Positions 22,391 through 31,292 of a stretch of DNA of 64,000 bases are shown here, piece by piece (position 1 is the stretch's first letter; each line of letters starts with the position of its first letter). The stretch covers positions 2,240,001-2,304,000 of the forward strand of contig CAWHDR010000001.1 in NCBI GenBank assembly GCA_963828165.1, in the 5' to 3' direction. Position numbers and translations under genes: made by a program. The notes beneath the pieces are model-generated. The model did no database searches, was not told where the DNA came from, and was given only the letters and a program-made list of their open reading frames with translations. The DNA comes from an uncultured Chloroflexia bacterium (GTDB lineage: Bacteria; Chloroflexota; Limnocylindria; Limnocylindrales; CSP1-4).

Positions 22391-23295
22391 CTTGCCGGAA
22401 AGCGGGCTCGCAGGGTCGCCAGTCGACGAATCAGCACGGCTCGGAGATCGTGCCGGTACAGCCACGGGATGAACGCCCAGAGGTAGACCAGGTAGTCCAG
22501 CCGGATCGGTCGCGCCCCGAACCCGAACAGGGCCTGGAACTGCTGGATGGTGAGTGGCAGCAGCGCGATGCTCAGCAGGACCGCGAGGCACAACCAGACG
22601 AGCCCCAGAACACGCGCCCTGGGCGCCAGGACGAACCAGAAGAACACCGGCACCCATTTCATCCACGTCGCGAGGGCCCACAGGAGGCCGGCCAGCCGTG
22701 GTCCGGTGAACTGGGCGGCCCACAGCATCAGCGTCAGGAGGAGGTTGATGTTGCCCGTGTCGAGGTTCGCCCCGACCGGGAAGGCGAGGAGCGCGACGAT
22801 GACCGCGGTCATGAGGGGCCGGCGCTGGTAGGCCCAGTGGACGGTCCACAGCAGCAGCAGGATCGTCGCGCCGCGCCACACGACCCAGGCGACGTCCCAC
22901 GGCAGGAGCGCCCACGGCGCGAACAGCGGCAGCATCCACGGGGCGTAGACGTACGGCAGGAATGGGCCGGTCGGGTGGTACGGGTCCCCGCCGTTGAGCC
23001 AGATCCGCACCCCGGCCCAGTACGCCCGGGCGTCGGCGCCGGCGGCCTCGCCGCGGCCGATCATGCCGGCGGCCAGCAACGAGAAGGTCAGACTGAGCAG
23101 CACGATCGCGATGACACGCCGGTGGTCATGGAGCCGGGAGGCCTCGCGCCGTATCGCTCGCCGGTAGACGCCGGCACGGCGGCGGGCCGGGGTACCCAGC
23201 ACGTCGGAGAGGTCCACCACGAGGCGGCCGCGTCCCCGCACGGTTCCGGGGGTCGGATGGAGTTCGGGTGGGAGTGGCGCGTCCGCGTCGGCCAT
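22366..23295 (-). CDS. Glycosyltransferase family 87 (GT-C, DUF2029) membrane protein
   Basis: DARAYW, GGDPY, PYVYAP, GNINLLL, K-W-V-P; multiple TM segments. Confidence 0.7.
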   Translation of the reverse strand: MADADAPLPPELHPTPGTVRGRGRLVVDLSDVLGTPARRRAGVYRRAIRREASRLHDHRRVIAIVLLSLTFSLLAAGMIGRGEAAGADARAYWAGVRIWLNGGDPYHPTGPFLPYVYAPWMLPLFAPWALLPWDVAWVVWRGATILLLLWTVHWAYQRRPLMTAVIVALLAFPVGANLDTGNINLLLTLMLWAAQFTGPRLAGLLWALATWMKWVPVFFWFVLAPRARVLGLVWLCLAVLLSIALLPLTIQQFQALFGFGARPIRLDYLVYLWAFIPWLYRHDLRAVLIRRLATLRARFPASQETIGSG

Positions 23296-23371
23296 GGACG
23301 GGCATTCTCGCACGGCTCGATCGGCTCTCCGGGTATCCTTCCCGGAATCGCGTAAAGGAGTTCGCCCGGTC

Positions 23372-24208
23372 GTGACCGAGGGATCCGTCATCATCATCGG
23401 CGGCGCGGAGGACAAGGTCCGCGACCGCGTCATCCTGAGCCGCTTCGCCACGCTCGCCGGTGGGCGTGACGCGAACGTCGTCGTGATCTCGACCGCTTCC
23501 TCGATGGGCGTGGAGGCCGGGGCCCGGTACAAGCAGGTCCTCGGCGAGCTCGGCGTGACCAAGGTCCGGACGATCCACGCGATCACGAGGGCCCAGGCGA
23601 ACGACGAGAAAGCGGCCCACGCCATCCGCACGGCGACCGGCATCTTCCTGACCGGGGGCAACCAGCTCCGGCTCTCGTCGACGATCGGCGGGACCCGGCT
23701 CGCGGACGCGGTGCTGGACCAGTTCCGCCAGGGGGCCGTGGTCGCGGGCACGAGCGCGGGCGCCAGCGCCCTGTCGAGCCACATGATCGCCTTCGGGGCA
23801 TCGGGGGCCACGCCGAAACATCGCATGGCCCAGATCGCGGCCGGGCTCGGCGTGCTCCCGGGCGTCATCGTCGATCAGCACTTCCAGCAGCGGAACCGAC
23901 TCGGGCGATTGCTCAGCCTCATCGCCCAGAACCCCAGCCTCCTCGGCCTCGGCGTCGACGAGGACACGGCCGGAGTCGTCGGTGTCGACCACGTCATGGA
24001 GGTCATCGGGCGTGGCTCCATCACGGTCGTGGACGGCGCCCGCTCGGAGACCGATGCCTGGGAGGTGAAAGGCCACCGCCCGCTCATGATCAGCGGCGTC
24101 GTGCTGCACTCCCTGCCGGCCGGCTACCGCTTCGACCTTCGTCGTCGGGAGCGCATCGTCGCTCCGGCGCTCCACGCGCTCCCCGGCGGCGAGGCCGCGT
24201 CGAGCTAG
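23372..24208 (+). CDS. cphB: Cyanophycinase (S51 serine peptidase)
   Basis: IIGGAEDK, IFLTGGNQ, GTSAGA, DQHFQQRNRLGRL, GVDEDT; RBS AAGGAG; directly upstream of cphA. Confidence 0.92.
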   Translation: MTEGSVIIIGGAEDKVRDRVILSRFATLAGGRDANVVVISTASSMGVEAGARYKQVLGELGVTKVRTIHAITRAQANDEKAAHAIRTATGIFLTGGNQLRLSSTIGGTRLADAVLDQFRQGAVVAGTSAGASALSSHMIAFGASGATPKHRMAQIAAGLGVLPGVIVDQHFQQRNRLGRLLSLIAQNPSLLGLGVDEDTAGVVGVDHVMEVIGRGSITVVDGARSETDAWEVKGHRPLMISGVVLHSLPAGYRFDLRRRERIVAPALHALPGGEAASS

Positions 24209-24236
24209 AGCACCAGCGCACTAGAGCACCAGCGCA
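24205..24236. repeat. 16-bp tandem duplication CTAGAGCACCAGCGCA x2 at the cphB stop
   Basis: Copies at 24205-24220 and 24221-24236. Confidence 0.85.
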
Positions 24237-24280
24237 CGCCGCCGTACACTGGCGGCCATCCAAGGCAGGGGAGGGCCAGC

Positions 24281-27142
24281 GTGACCGAGACCGCGGAACC
24301 GACGACGACACGCGCACGCCGGCCACGGTCCAAGTCCGCGTCCACGACCTCCGCGGCCACGCCGCTGCCCACGTTGCGCATCCTCGAGACCCGCGTCCTG
24401 CGCGGGCCCAATTATTGGGCGCGCGAGCCCGTCATCCGCCTGCTCGTCGATCTCGGGGTCCTGGAGGACTTCCCGTCCGACAAGCTCCCGGGCTTCACCG
24501 ATGCGCTCGTCGCGCTTCTGCCGACGCTCGAGGACCATGCCTGCTCGCTTGGCCGGCGCGGCGGCTTCATCACGCGACTCCGTGACGGCACCTGGGCCGG
24601 GCACATCGCCGAGCACATCGCGCTCGAATTCCAGAATCTCGCCGGCACCGACGTCCGCCACGGCAAGACCCGCTCCGCCGGGCCGCGGGGCCAGTACAAC
24701 TGCATCTACGAATACCGCGAGGAGGCCGTCGGCCTCGAGGCGGGCCGGATGGCCGTGGCCCTCGTCAACCACCTCGTGGCCCCGGACGATCCCGAGGTCT
24801 TCTTCGACTTCGCGCCGCAGCTCGAGGCGCTGATCCGGCTGGCCGAGCGCCAGGCGTTCGGTCCGTCGACGCAGGCGCTCATCGACGAAGCCGTGAGCCG
24901 CGACATCCCGTTCATCCGGCTGGACCGTCACTCGCTCGTCCAGTTCGGTCACGGGGTCCACCAGCAGCGCATCCGCGCGACGATGACGTCCAAGACCTCG
25001 GCGATCGGCGTCGACGTGGCGTCGGACAAGAGCCTGACCAATCGGCTGCTCGACTCGGCTGGTCTTCCGGTGCCGCGCGCCGATGTCGTGGAGACGGAGG
25101 ACGCGGCGGTCGCCGCGGCGAAGCGGATCGGCTTCCCGTGCGTGCTCAAGCCCCTTGACGGCAATCACGGCAGGGGCGTCCACCTGGACCTGCGTTCCGA
25201 GGAGGCCGTGCGAGCCGCCTTCCCGGGCGCGCTGGGTCAGAGCCGGACGGGTGTGGTCGTCGTCGAGAGCTACGTCACGGGCAACGACTATCGCTGCCTG
25301 GTGATCGGCGGCAAGGTCGCGGCCATCGCCGAGCGCGTGCCGGCCAGCGTCACCGGCGATGGCGAGCACACCGTTCGGCAGCTGGTCGACATCGCGAACG
25401 CCGATCCACGCCGGGGCATCGGCCACGAGAAGGTCCTGACCCGGATCAAGGTCGATGATGCCGCGATCGAGCTCGTCCGCGCCCAGGGTCACGCATTCGA
25501 CGACGTCCCACCCGCGGGCACCTGGATCAAGCTCGCGCTGACCGGCAACATGTCGACCGGCGGGACGTCCATCGACCGGACGATCGAGGCGCACCCCGAC
25601 AACGTCGAGATCGCCGAGACCGCGGCCGGCATCGTCGGACTCGACGTCGCCGGCATCGACTTCATCTGCCCGGACATCGCGACCCCGGTCCGCGAGACGG
25701 GCGGAGCGATCGTCGAGGTCAACGCGGCCCCAGGGTTCCGGATGCACACCCACCCGACCGAGGGCGAGCCCCAGTACGTGGCCCGGCCCGTCATCGATGG
25801 GCTCTTCCCGCCCGGACAGCCGGCGCGCATCCCGATCGTCAGCGTGACCGGCACGAACGGCAAGACCACCACGGTCCGGATGATCAGCCACATCCTCAAG
25901 CTGATGGGCCGGCGGGTCGGGATGACATCGACCGACGGCATCGTCATCGACGGGCGATTGATCAAGAAGGGCGACATGTCGGGCCCGAAGTCGGCCCTCA
26001 TGGTCCTCCAGAACCCGACCGTGGACACCGCGGTGTTCGAGGTCGCGCGCGGTGGGATCCTGCGCGAAGGCCTGGGCTACGACCGCAACGACGTGGCCGT
26101 GGTGACCAACGTGACCGGCGACCACCTTGGTCTGGGTGGGATCAACTCGCTCGGCCAGCTGGCCAACGTCAAGGGCGTGGTCGTGGAGGCGGTACCCCGC
26201 TCCGGTACGGCCGTGCTGAACGCCGACGACAGCCACGTCTACCGGATGGGTCGCCACTGCGCCGGACGGGTCGTGCTGTTCAGCATGGCCACCAAGAAGG
26301 GCGAGGACGGCTTCGACCGCATCGACGGCCACACGAGCCGTGGCAATCCCGCGTTCTGCCTCGAACCGAGCGCCGAGGGAGAGTTGATCGTGTTGCGCCT
26401 CGGCAGCCGCAAGATGCCAGTCCTCTACACGCACCTGATCCCGGCGACGTTCGGGGGACGGGCGCGGATGAATGTGGCGAACGCGCTGGCCGCTGCGGCC
26501 GCGGCGTGGGCCACGGGAGCGCACCTGCACGACATCCGTCAGGGGCTGCGGACCTTCACGACGTCGTTCTTCCAGGCGCCGGGTCGCCTCAATCTGCTCG
26601 ATGTCGGTGGGGTGCGGGTCGTGATCGACTACTGCCATAACGTCGATGGCATGCGCCAGCTCGCGGATTTCGTCGAGCGGATGATGGTCGAGCCGCAGAC
26701 CAAAGCCGGACGGATCGGCTCATCGGCGCCGGCCGCGCGGTCAGGTCGGGCGATCGGCGTCCTCGGCATCCCGGGCGACCGCCGGGACGAGGATCAGCGC
26801 GAGTACGGTGCGATCGCGGCGGGTGCCTTCGACGAGATCATCGTGCGCGAGGACAAGAACCTGCGCGGCCGGGCGCCGGGTGAGACCGCGACGAACGTGA
26901 TCGAGGGCGTGCGTAGCGCCAAGACGGCCGGGAACTCGCGGACGACCCGGGCCGACAAGGTCCTCGAGGAGATGACCGCGGTCCGCACGGCGCTCCGCCG
27001 AGCGATCCCCGGCGATCTCGTCGTGTGCTGCGTGGACGATGCGATCGGTGTCTACCGCGAGGCGATGGCCGCCGCGGGCGCATCACGCGCCGGCGGGATG
27101 GCGTTCGCGGATCCGGGCGAGCTCGAGGCGCCCGAGGGGTAG
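24281..27142 (+). CDS. cphA: Cyanophycin synthetase CphA1
   Basis: LRGPNYW; N-domain Cx19HxxEH; ATP-grasp (KPLDGNHGRGV, EVNAAPGFRMH); Mur-ligase domain (VTGTNGKTTT, EVARGGILREGL, PGRLN, DYCHN). Confidence 0.95.
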   Translation: MTETAEPTTTRARRPRSKSASTTSAATPLPTLRILETRVLRGPNYWAREPVIRLLVDLGVLEDFPSDKLPGFTDALVALLPTLEDHACSLGRRGGFITRLRDGTWAGHIAEHIALEFQNLAGTDVRHGKTRSAGPRGQYNCIYEYREEAVGLEAGRMAVALVNHLVAPDDPEVFFDFAPQLEALIRLAERQAFGPSTQALIDEAVSRDIPFIRLDRHSLVQFGHGVHQQRIRATMTSKTSAIGVDVASDKSLTNRLLDSAGLPVPRADVVETEDAAVAAAKRIGFPCVLKPLDGNHGRGVHLDLRSEEAVRAAFPGALGQSRTGVVVVESYVTGNDYRCLVIGGKVAAIAERVPASVTGDGEHTVRQLVDIANADPRRGIGHEKVLTRIKVDDAAIELVRAQGHAFDDVPPAGTWIKLALTGNMSTGGTSIDRTIEAHPDNVEIAETAAGIVGLDVAGIDFICPDIATPVRETGGAIVEVNAAPGFRMHTHPTEGEPQYVARPVIDGLFPPGQPARIPIVSVTGTNGKTTTVRMISHILKLMGRRVGMTSTDGIVIDGRLIKKGDMSGPKSALMVLQNPTVDTAVFEVARGGILREGLGYDRNDVAVVTNVTGDHLGLGGINSLGQLANVKGVVVEAVPRSGTAVLNADDSHVYRMGRHCAGRVVLFSMATKKGEDGFDRIDGHTSRGNPAFCLEPSAEGELIVLRLGSRKMPVLYTHLIPATFGGRARMNVANALAAAAAAWATGAHLHDIRQGLRTFTTSFFQAPGRLNLLDVGGVRVVIDYCHNVDGMRQLADFVERMMVEPQTKAGRIGSSAPAARSGRAIGVLGIPGDRRDEDQREYGAIAAGAFDEIIVREDKNLRGRAPGETATNVIEGVRSAKTAGNSRTTRADKVLEEMTAVRTALRRAIPGDLVVCCVDDAIGVYREAMAAAGASRAGGMAFADPGELEAPEG

Positions 27143-27144
27143 GG

Positions 27145-27240
27145 TCAGGCTCGCCCCATGTTCGCCTGCACCGTGCGGATGATGAAGACGATCTCCAGGG
27201 CGGCGATCACGATCAGCGCGATGCCGACGAACATCTCCAC
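27145..27240 (-). CDS. Small (31 aa) single-TM membrane protein
   Basis: GTG start with GGAGG upstream; reads MEMFVGIALIVIAALEIVFIIRTVQANMGRA; too short for the ORF track. Confidence 0.55.
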   Translation of the reverse strand: MEMFVGIALIVIAALEIVFIIRTVQANMGRA

Positions 27241-27320
27241 GGGTAGCCCTCCGCTGGGGCCGGCCAGGACCTCCGACCGATCCCGCGCGCATCATGCGCC
27301 CTGCCGGCGAGCGACCGCAA

Positions 27321-27471
27321 ATTCGCTGACAGTGAACGTCGGCGCGCCGAAGCCTTTCTGGAGGTTCTGGTTGCCGCCCCTGCTGTCGGCGCATTCATCG
27401 GCGCTGAAGCCCTTGGACCCAGGTCGCCCTCGAAGGCAGGCATAGATGGAACGGATTCACCGACAGCGAAG
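27321..27471. repeat. Orphan array of three 17-bp palindromes (spacing 72, 62 bp), same family as 10.6-11.9 kb
   Basis: 27321 ATTCGCTGACAGTGAAC; 27393 ATTCATCGGCGCTGAAG; 27455 ATTCACCGACAGCGAAG. Confidence 0.75.
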
Positions 27472-27515
27472 AACTGGGGTCCCCGCGCTCGGATTGATCT
27501 TGCGGCGAACCCGGC

Positions 27516-29261
27516 TCAGTCGCGGCGCGGGCGGTCCTGGAGCCTCGGTACGAGCCGGGTCAGTTCGTCGGCCACGTCGACCGGCCGCGCCCCCAGCTCG
27601 GACAGCAGCGCGAAGACCTCGTCGCGCTCCTCATGGCACATGAGCACGATCACGCGCGGCCGCTGCGCCCCCGAGCCGTTGATCTCCGCCCGCAAGGCAG
27701 CCGTTTCCGACTCGTAGATCGGGACATCGGCCACGACCCCGCCGCCGGCCTTCACGCCGTCGAGCAGCTCGCCGATCACGGATGACGCGGTCCGGCCGCG
27801 GAGGTATTTGCTCGTTTCCTTGATCGCGACCCGTTGCGCCCGTCCTGCGGCGATGCGCCCGATCCCGCGCAGCGTGTCGTCGGGGCGGTCGCCGGCGGTG
27901 CCGATGATCGCGGTGATCGATGCCGCCCGGCCGGCCCCGCCCGCTGCGATCCCCTCGGCGACATCGAGGACTGCCGAGATCCCAGCCTCGTTGTGGGCGA
28001 AATCCACGATCACCAGCTGCGAGCCGAGACGGAACAGGTTGAGCCGACCGGGCGAACGGTCGGTCGAAGGACGGAAGTCCAGGAGACCGTCGCGGACCTG
28101 CGCGATCGATGCGCCCAGGCCGCGTGCGCCACCGGCCGCCGCGAGCGCGTTCGCGACGTTGTGCCGGGCGAGGCCACCGATCGCGATCGGGATCCGCGCC
28201 GCTTCGGCGATCTTCGTGGCGGACGTCCCCGATGCCTCGATGAGCCAGCCGTCCCGCAGCAGGTAGGCGCGACCGCCGTTCGCGACGTGGCGACGAACCC
28301 GGGGAGGGCCCTGGCCATTGCGGTCCATCGAGAAGAAGGCCACGTTGGCGCGGACCCGGCGTGCCACGGCCGCGACGAGGGGGTCATCGCCGTTGAGCAC
28401 GACCCAGCCGTCCGGTTTCGTGATCCGGCACACGGTCGACTTGACTTCGGCGAGCTCCGGCAGGGTATGGATGCCTTGCAGGTCGAGGTGATCAGACGAG
28501 ACGTTGGTGAGGATGGACGCGTCGTTCAATTCGTAGCCCATCCCGCGCAGCACGATCCCGCCGCGAGCGGTCTCGAGGACGCCGACCTCGATATCCGATC
28601 TGGCAAGGACCTGCTGCGCGCCGGCGGGCCCGGTCCAGTCGCCGGCCTCAACCAGCCGCTCGTCGATGAGGACCCCGTCCGAGGTCGTCGTGCCGACATG
28701 CTTCCCGGCCCTGACCAGGATGTGGGTGATCAGCCGCGTCACCGTGGACTTGCCGTTGGTCCCCGAGATGGACACGATCGGCACGCGCCGTTCCGAGTCG
28801 CGGATCCAGGTCGGTGGTTCGGTGCGGGCCGCCGCGATCCGCTCGCTCCAGCGGGCCCACAGCCGCTCCTGGGCACCGGTCAGCTGCGCGGTCCGAGACG
28901 GCGAGACGTCGCGGTCGGCGAGGGCCATGGCCGCCTCGGTCAGGACGCGGGCGCGTTCCTCCCCGGTCCACGGGAACGTGATGATCCAGTGACCCGGGTC
29001 CGAAGATCGATGCACCGCCAGGCCCGCCCGCCCCTCGCCGTGGTCCACGCGGAGCCGGCGAACCCAGGCCACGATCGCGGCGATGGGATCGGGCCACTCT
29101 CGGGCCGGCACGGTGGCGCCGAGCCAGACGAGGGCGTGGCGGCCGGGATCGCGCTGTCCGTACCACGTCCGGCGACGACCGACCGCGACCTCCACCTTGA
29201 CCACCGGCTCGAGCCGGTAGACATTCGGTCCCTCGAGCAGGCGGATCTCGACCAGTCGCAC
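27516..29261 (-). CDS. CphA paralog: degenerate N domain + Mur-ligase (M) domain, no ATP-grasp domain
   Basis: IRLLEGPNVY (compare RVLRGPNYW in CphA); ISGTNGKSTV, GDWTGPAGA, ETARGGIVLRG, TNVSSDHL, VLNGDD, HNVANALAA, PGRLN, DFAHN, GDRPD; 581 aa. Confidence 0.8.
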   Translation of the reverse strand: MRLVEIRLLEGPNVYRLEPVVKVEVAVGRRRTWYGQRDPGRHALVWLGATVPAREWPDPIAAIVAWVRRLRVDHGEGRAGLAVHRSSDPGHWIITFPWTGEERARVLTEAAMALADRDVSPSRTAQLTGAQERLWARWSERIAAARTEPPTWIRDSERRVPIVSISGTNGKSTVTRLITHILVRAGKHVGTTTSDGVLIDERLVEAGDWTGPAGAQQVLARSDIEVGVLETARGGIVLRGMGYELNDASILTNVSSDHLDLQGIHTLPELAEVKSTVCRITKPDGWVVLNGDDPLVAAVARRVRANVAFFSMDRNGQGPPRVRRHVANGGRAYLLRDGWLIEASGTSATKIAEAARIPIAIGGLARHNVANALAAAGGARGLGASIAQVRDGLLDFRPSTDRSPGRLNLFRLGSQLVIVDFAHNEAGISAVLDVAEGIAAGGAGRAASITAIIGTAGDRPDDTLRGIGRIAAGRAQRVAIKETSKYLRGRTASSVIGELLDGVKAGGGVVADVPIYESETAALRAEINGSGAQRPRVIVLMCHEERDEVFALLSELGARPVDVADELTRLVPRLQDRPRRD

Positions 29262-29306
29262 GGTCCGGGCAGGATAGCAATCCGGGCGCCGCGTAGACTG
29301 GCCGCG

Positions 29307-30548
29307 ATGACGAGCGGGACGACGGCCACCGACCTCGAGATCGACGCGCTCCGCGGTTCGATCGCGGCGGACCTCCCGGCCTACCTCGCCGACCTGGAGA
29401 AGCTCGTCAACATCGACTGTGGCACCTACACGCCCGATGGCGTGAACGAGGTGGGCCGCTGGACCGCCGGCTTCCTGTCCGATCTGGGGGCAGAGATCGA
29501 CATCCGGCCCGATCCGGGCGGCCGTTTCGGGAACACGGTCGTGGCGACGTTCCACGGCATGGCCGATGGCCCGCGGGTCCTGCTGATCGGCCACATGGAC
29601 ACCGTGTTCGACCCAGGGACTGCCGCGGAGCGCCCATTCCGGATCGACGACGGCAACGCCCACGGACCGGGCGTGACCGACATGAAGTCCGGCCTGCTCG
29701 CCGGTCTCTACGCGCTGAAGTCGATCCTTGGTGAGCTCGGCGGCCTGCCCTTCGAGCGCCTGACCTTCATCGCCAACCCGGATGAGGAGATCGGCTCCCC
29801 GTCGTCGGTCGACCACATCCGGGAGGCGGCCGCGGACGTCGACGTCTGCCTGGTCCTCGAGTGTGCCCGCGCCAACGGCGACATCGTGTCGGCCCGCAAG
29901 GGCATCCTCGATACGCGCTTGACCGTGCACGGTCGCGCGGCCCACGCGGGCGTGGAGCCGGAGAAGGGGCGCAACGCGATCCTCGAGGCCGCGCGGATCG
30001 TCCGCGAGCTGCACGAGCTCAACGGACGCTGGCCGGGCGTGACCGTGAACGTCGGCAAGATCGCCGGTGGCACGCGACCCAACGTCGTCCCCGAGCGCTG
30101 CGAACTCGAAGTCGATGTTCGCGCCACGAGCGCCGATGGCCTCGCGGAGGTGAAGCAAGCGATCATGGATGTCGTCGCCGCGACCGAGATCGAGGGCACC
30201 TCCGTCGAGCCGCACGTGATGGTCGCCTGGCAGCCCATGGAGAAGCTCGCTCGAAGCGGTCGCCTCGTCGAGCACGCCCAGGTCGTGGCGAGTCGACTGG
30301 GCTTCGAGGTGCACGACACCGCGACCGGTGGCGCGTCGGATGCGAACACGACCTCCGGCATGGGCGTCCCGACCCTCGACGGGCTTGGACCGATCGGTGG
30401 CAACGACCATTCGCCGGCCGAGTACCTCGAAGTTGACTCGATCGTGCCCCGGATCGCGCTGTTGGCTGGTCTCCTGCTGGCGATCGCCCGCGATCCCGAG
30501 GTCCTCGCCTGGCGCGCCGACGACCCGCGTTTCGTCGCCGCGGAGTGA
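29307..30548 (+). CDS. M20 family metallopeptidase (glutamate carboxypeptidase-like)
   Basis: GHMDTVF, GPGVTDMKSG, DEEIGS, LECAR, AHAG, GGASDAN, DGLGPIG..HSPAE. Confidence 0.9.
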   Translation: MTSGTTATDLEIDALRGSIAADLPAYLADLEKLVNIDCGTYTPDGVNEVGRWTAGFLSDLGAEIDIRPDPGGRFGNTVVATFHGMADGPRVLLIGHMDTVFDPGTAAERPFRIDDGNAHGPGVTDMKSGLLAGLYALKSILGELGGLPFERLTFIANPDEEIGSPSSVDHIREAAADVDVCLVLECARANGDIVSARKGILDTRLTVHGRAAHAGVEPEKGRNAILEAARIVRELHELNGRWPGVTVNVGKIAGGTRPNVVPERCELEVDVRATSADGLAEVKQAIMDVVAATEIEGTSVEPHVMVAWQPMEKLARSGRLVEHAQVVASRLGFEVHDTATGGASDANTTSGMGVPTLDGLGPIGGNDHSPAEYLEVDSIVPRIALLAGLLLAIARDPEVLAWRADDPRFVAAE

Positions 30549-30937
30549 GCGGCGAGCGGCGACGGGTCTCGTCGGGCGGGCCGTGGGAGCGGGTCGCCGG
30601 GTATAGCCGGGCCATCGTCGTCGGCGATGCGTGCTGGGTGGCCGGAACGACGGACGCCGGCCCGGACGGCACGTCCCAGCACCCCGGAGACGTCGCCGCT
30701 CAGGCGCGGGCCGTCCTCGAGATCATCGAACGCGCACTGGCCGAGGGCGGCTTCGCGCTGGGGGACGTCGTGCGGACACGGATGTTCGTCACCGACATGG
30801 CCAATTCAGCCGCGCTGCTGGCGATCCACGGCGAGGTCTTCGCGGAGATCCGACCGGCGGCCACGCTGGTTGCGGTCGCCGCGCTCATGCACCCGAGCCT
30901 GCTCGTCGAGATCGAGGCCGAGGCGCGCCGCGGCTGA
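30545..30937 (+). CDS. RidA/YjgF/UK114 family protein
   Basis: WERVAGYSRA, VVRTRMFVTD, HGEVF..IRPAAT, LVEIEAEA. Confidence 0.9.
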   Translation: MSGERRRVSSGGPWERVAGYSRAIVVGDACWVAGTTDAGPDGTSQHPGDVAAQARAVLEIIERALAEGGFALGDVVRTRMFVTDMANSAALLAIHGEVFAEIRPAATLVAVAALMHPSLLVEIEAEARRG

Positions 30938-30947
30938 ACGACGCGGC

Positions 30948-31292
30948 TCAGATCGGGATCGCGGCCAGACCGGTCGCCCGCGCGATCGCCACGATGGCCA
31001 CCGCGGCGATCAGCCCCAGGAGCAGGTTCTTGCGCCAGGCCGTGATCGCCAGGCAGGCCAGCACCGCGACCCACTCGATGCCGACGTGGAACGCCGGCGG
31101 GCCGTCGCCCTCGACGACGACCATGACGTTGACGGCGGCCAGAGCGGTCAAGACCGCCGGTCCGACCAGCTGGAGGTAGTCGAGGGCCACGCGTGGCAGC
31201 CGGTCGATGCCCGGCCACAGCAGGCCGAGCGCCCTTGTCGGGTAGGTCGCCCCGAACATGAGCAAGGCGAGCAACACCAGGTCCGTGCTCAT
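30948..31292 (-). CDS. azlD: AzlD domain branched-chain amino acid transporter small subunit
   Basis: GATYPTRA, PAVLTAL; hydrophobic; coupled to azlC. Confidence 0.75.
   Translation of the reverse strand: MSTDLVLLALLMFGATYPTRALGLLWPGIDRLPRVALDYLQLVGPAVLTALAAVNVMVVVEGDGPPAFHVGIEWVAVLACLAITAWRKNLLLGLIAAVAIVAIARATGLAAIPI

Noticed and set aside
24205-24236. Target-site duplication of a mobile element at the cphB stop
   Set aside because: The two 16-bp copies are directly adjacent with nothing inserted; simple slippage or an assembly duplication is more likely.
27321-27471. ArgR (ARG box) operators controlling cyanophycin genes
   Set aside because: Half-site orientation is TTCA...TGAA with a GC-rich core, opposite to the AT-rich TGAAT...ATTCA ARG box, and the sites lie at gene 3' ends.
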